Position numbers and translations under genes: made by a program. From positions 1 through 53,761 of the forward strand of contig JBIIFB010000003.1 of NCBI GenBank assembly GCA_044237545.1: 53,761 nucleotides of DNA. Direction: 5' to 3'. Shown piece after piece: positions 52,919 through 53,761 of this stretch; positions within the stretch are counted from its first letter, which is position 1, and the number at the start of each line of letters is the position of its first letter. The notes under the pieces were generated by a model that saw only the letters and a list, made by a program, of their open reading frames with translations, made no database searches and was not told where the DNA came from. Source of the DNA: Pirellulales bacterium (lineage in GTDB: Bacteria; Planctomycetota; Planctomycetia; Pirellulales; UBA1268).

Positions 52919-53557
52919 ATGCCCCGCCACCAGAAACAGATTGCTCCGCGAATGCTAACGCCGACGTTTTTAACGCCATATTCCCCTCCGGATCGCGACG
53001 GGACACGTTCGCTGGTTCTGCCGCTCATCGGCGGGTGCGTGGTCATCTGCGGCACCCTCGGCCGGCTGCCTGCCTCCCAGGCCGGCGACCTGCACTGCCC
53101 GGTGCTGCGGTCGCACGCCCCCGCAGCTGATGACGCTGCTGCCGACAGCCTCGTGGCGGCCGTGAACGCCGTCGTTCCGACCGACATCCAGATACCCACG
53201 GCGGCCCGCGTTGCTTGTGCAGAGAGGCGGCTGCCGGGATCACGGAATGCACTGGTCTCCCTACTCGCGGAGCAGCACGGACAACTGATCGCCGAGTGCG
53301 GCCGGGGACGCGCCGTCGTGAGGCGAGGAGTCCACGGGTTCGATCTGCTCACGCTCTTGCTCACACTCTTGGAGGAACCACCCGATGAGACCGACGACAG
53401 TGCCACGATCCGGGGGTGTTTCGATGTGGGGGCCGTGGATGTCGCCGTCGGCAAGGGATTGTCCGATGGAGCCTATCCGATCGGCTTCGACTGGGTGCTC
53501 GTACTCGACCACGAATCGCACGTGCTCTACAGCTTTATCCTCAACTGTAGTGATTGA
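52919..53557 (+). CDS. Hypothetical protein, possibly exported
   Basis: GGAGGT RBS before ATG 52919; hydrophobic LVLPLIGGCVVICG; protein-like C-terminus DWVLVLDHESHVLYSFILNCSD; no family recognised. Confidence 0.6.
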   Translation: MPRHQKQIAPRMLTPTFLTPYSPPDRDGTRSLVLPLIGGCVVICGTLGRLPASQAGDLHCPVLRSHAPAADDAAADSLVAAVNAVVPTDIQIPTAARVACAERRLPGSRNALVSLLAEQHGQLIAECGRGRAVVRRGVHGFDLLTLLLTLLEEPPDETDDSATIRGCFDVGAVDVAVGKGLSDGAYPIGFDWVLVLDHESHVLYSFILNCSD

Positions 53558-53703
53558 TTCGTGGCTTCCTGCGGCGTCGCTGGTCCGCCCTCACATGCCA
53601 TCCGGAAGACTTCGCAGGTCTGCGGGCAGAAGGAGGCTGTGCGAAGGCCGCTGCCGGTAGTCCCGGATCGGCGACCCGGATCGACGACCGTTGCGGAGGT
53701 GCA

Positions 53704-53761
53704 ATGAACCGGGCTATCCTTGCCGGTTTGCTCTTCTCGTCGGCTGAATCACTTTATGCCT
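53704..53761 (+). CDS. 5' end of a CDS running off the window
   Basis: GGAGGT RBS then ATG, MNRAILAGLLFSSAESLYA..., open to the edge. Confidence 0.45.
   Translation, partial: MNRAILAGLLFSSAESLYA

Noticed and set aside
1-53761. tRNA, rRNA, prophage or integrase genes
   Set aside because: None recognised by eye in the intergenic regions or the ORF track; tRNAscan-SE and Infernal would be needed to exclude small RNAs.

Overview
High-GC bacterial window, almost certainly Planctomycetota (Pirellulales-like), judged from a DUF1559 prepilin-like gene, a planctomycete EQLEQR export motif, a PEP-CTERM tail, abundant sulfatases and planctomycete-style REP repeats. Layout: (1) 1-2.1 kb is a decayed zone with a PEP-CTERM gene end, SppA, IS1380 and ECF-sigma fragments and an intact VapBC pair. 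(2) 2.3-16.2 kb is a co-directional cluster in which three secreted polyproteins carry seven sulfatase domains (2; 2 plus an esterase; 3), together with PQQ-propeller and ThuA genes. (3) 16.3-29.2 kb holds DUF485-actP-GNAT and mostly housekeeping genes (floA, mnmA, apt, a sigma-70 factor and others). (4) 29.7-37.3 kb is a REP-bounded module (glycoside hydrolase-like gene, discoidin histidine kinase, NarL regulator, sulfatase, DUF1559, lipoprotein) with a recurring 18-bp palindrome upstream of three genes. (5) 37.8-51.3 kb is a PUFA/Hgl-like iterative PKS cluster: KS-CLF-AT-ACP-ACP-[C45 Ntn-hydrolase-like]-KR-DH, plus a PPTase, a FabL-like reductase, a thioester reductase-SCP2 fusion and a divergent HHxxxDG acyltransferase. 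It is followed by an aryl-sulfate sulfotransferase. The best candidates for undescribed biology are the PKS with an embedded autoproteolytic-type domain and the sulfatase polyproteins. All family calls come from motif recognition by eye; no searches were run. No rRNA, tRNA or CRISPR array was recognised.
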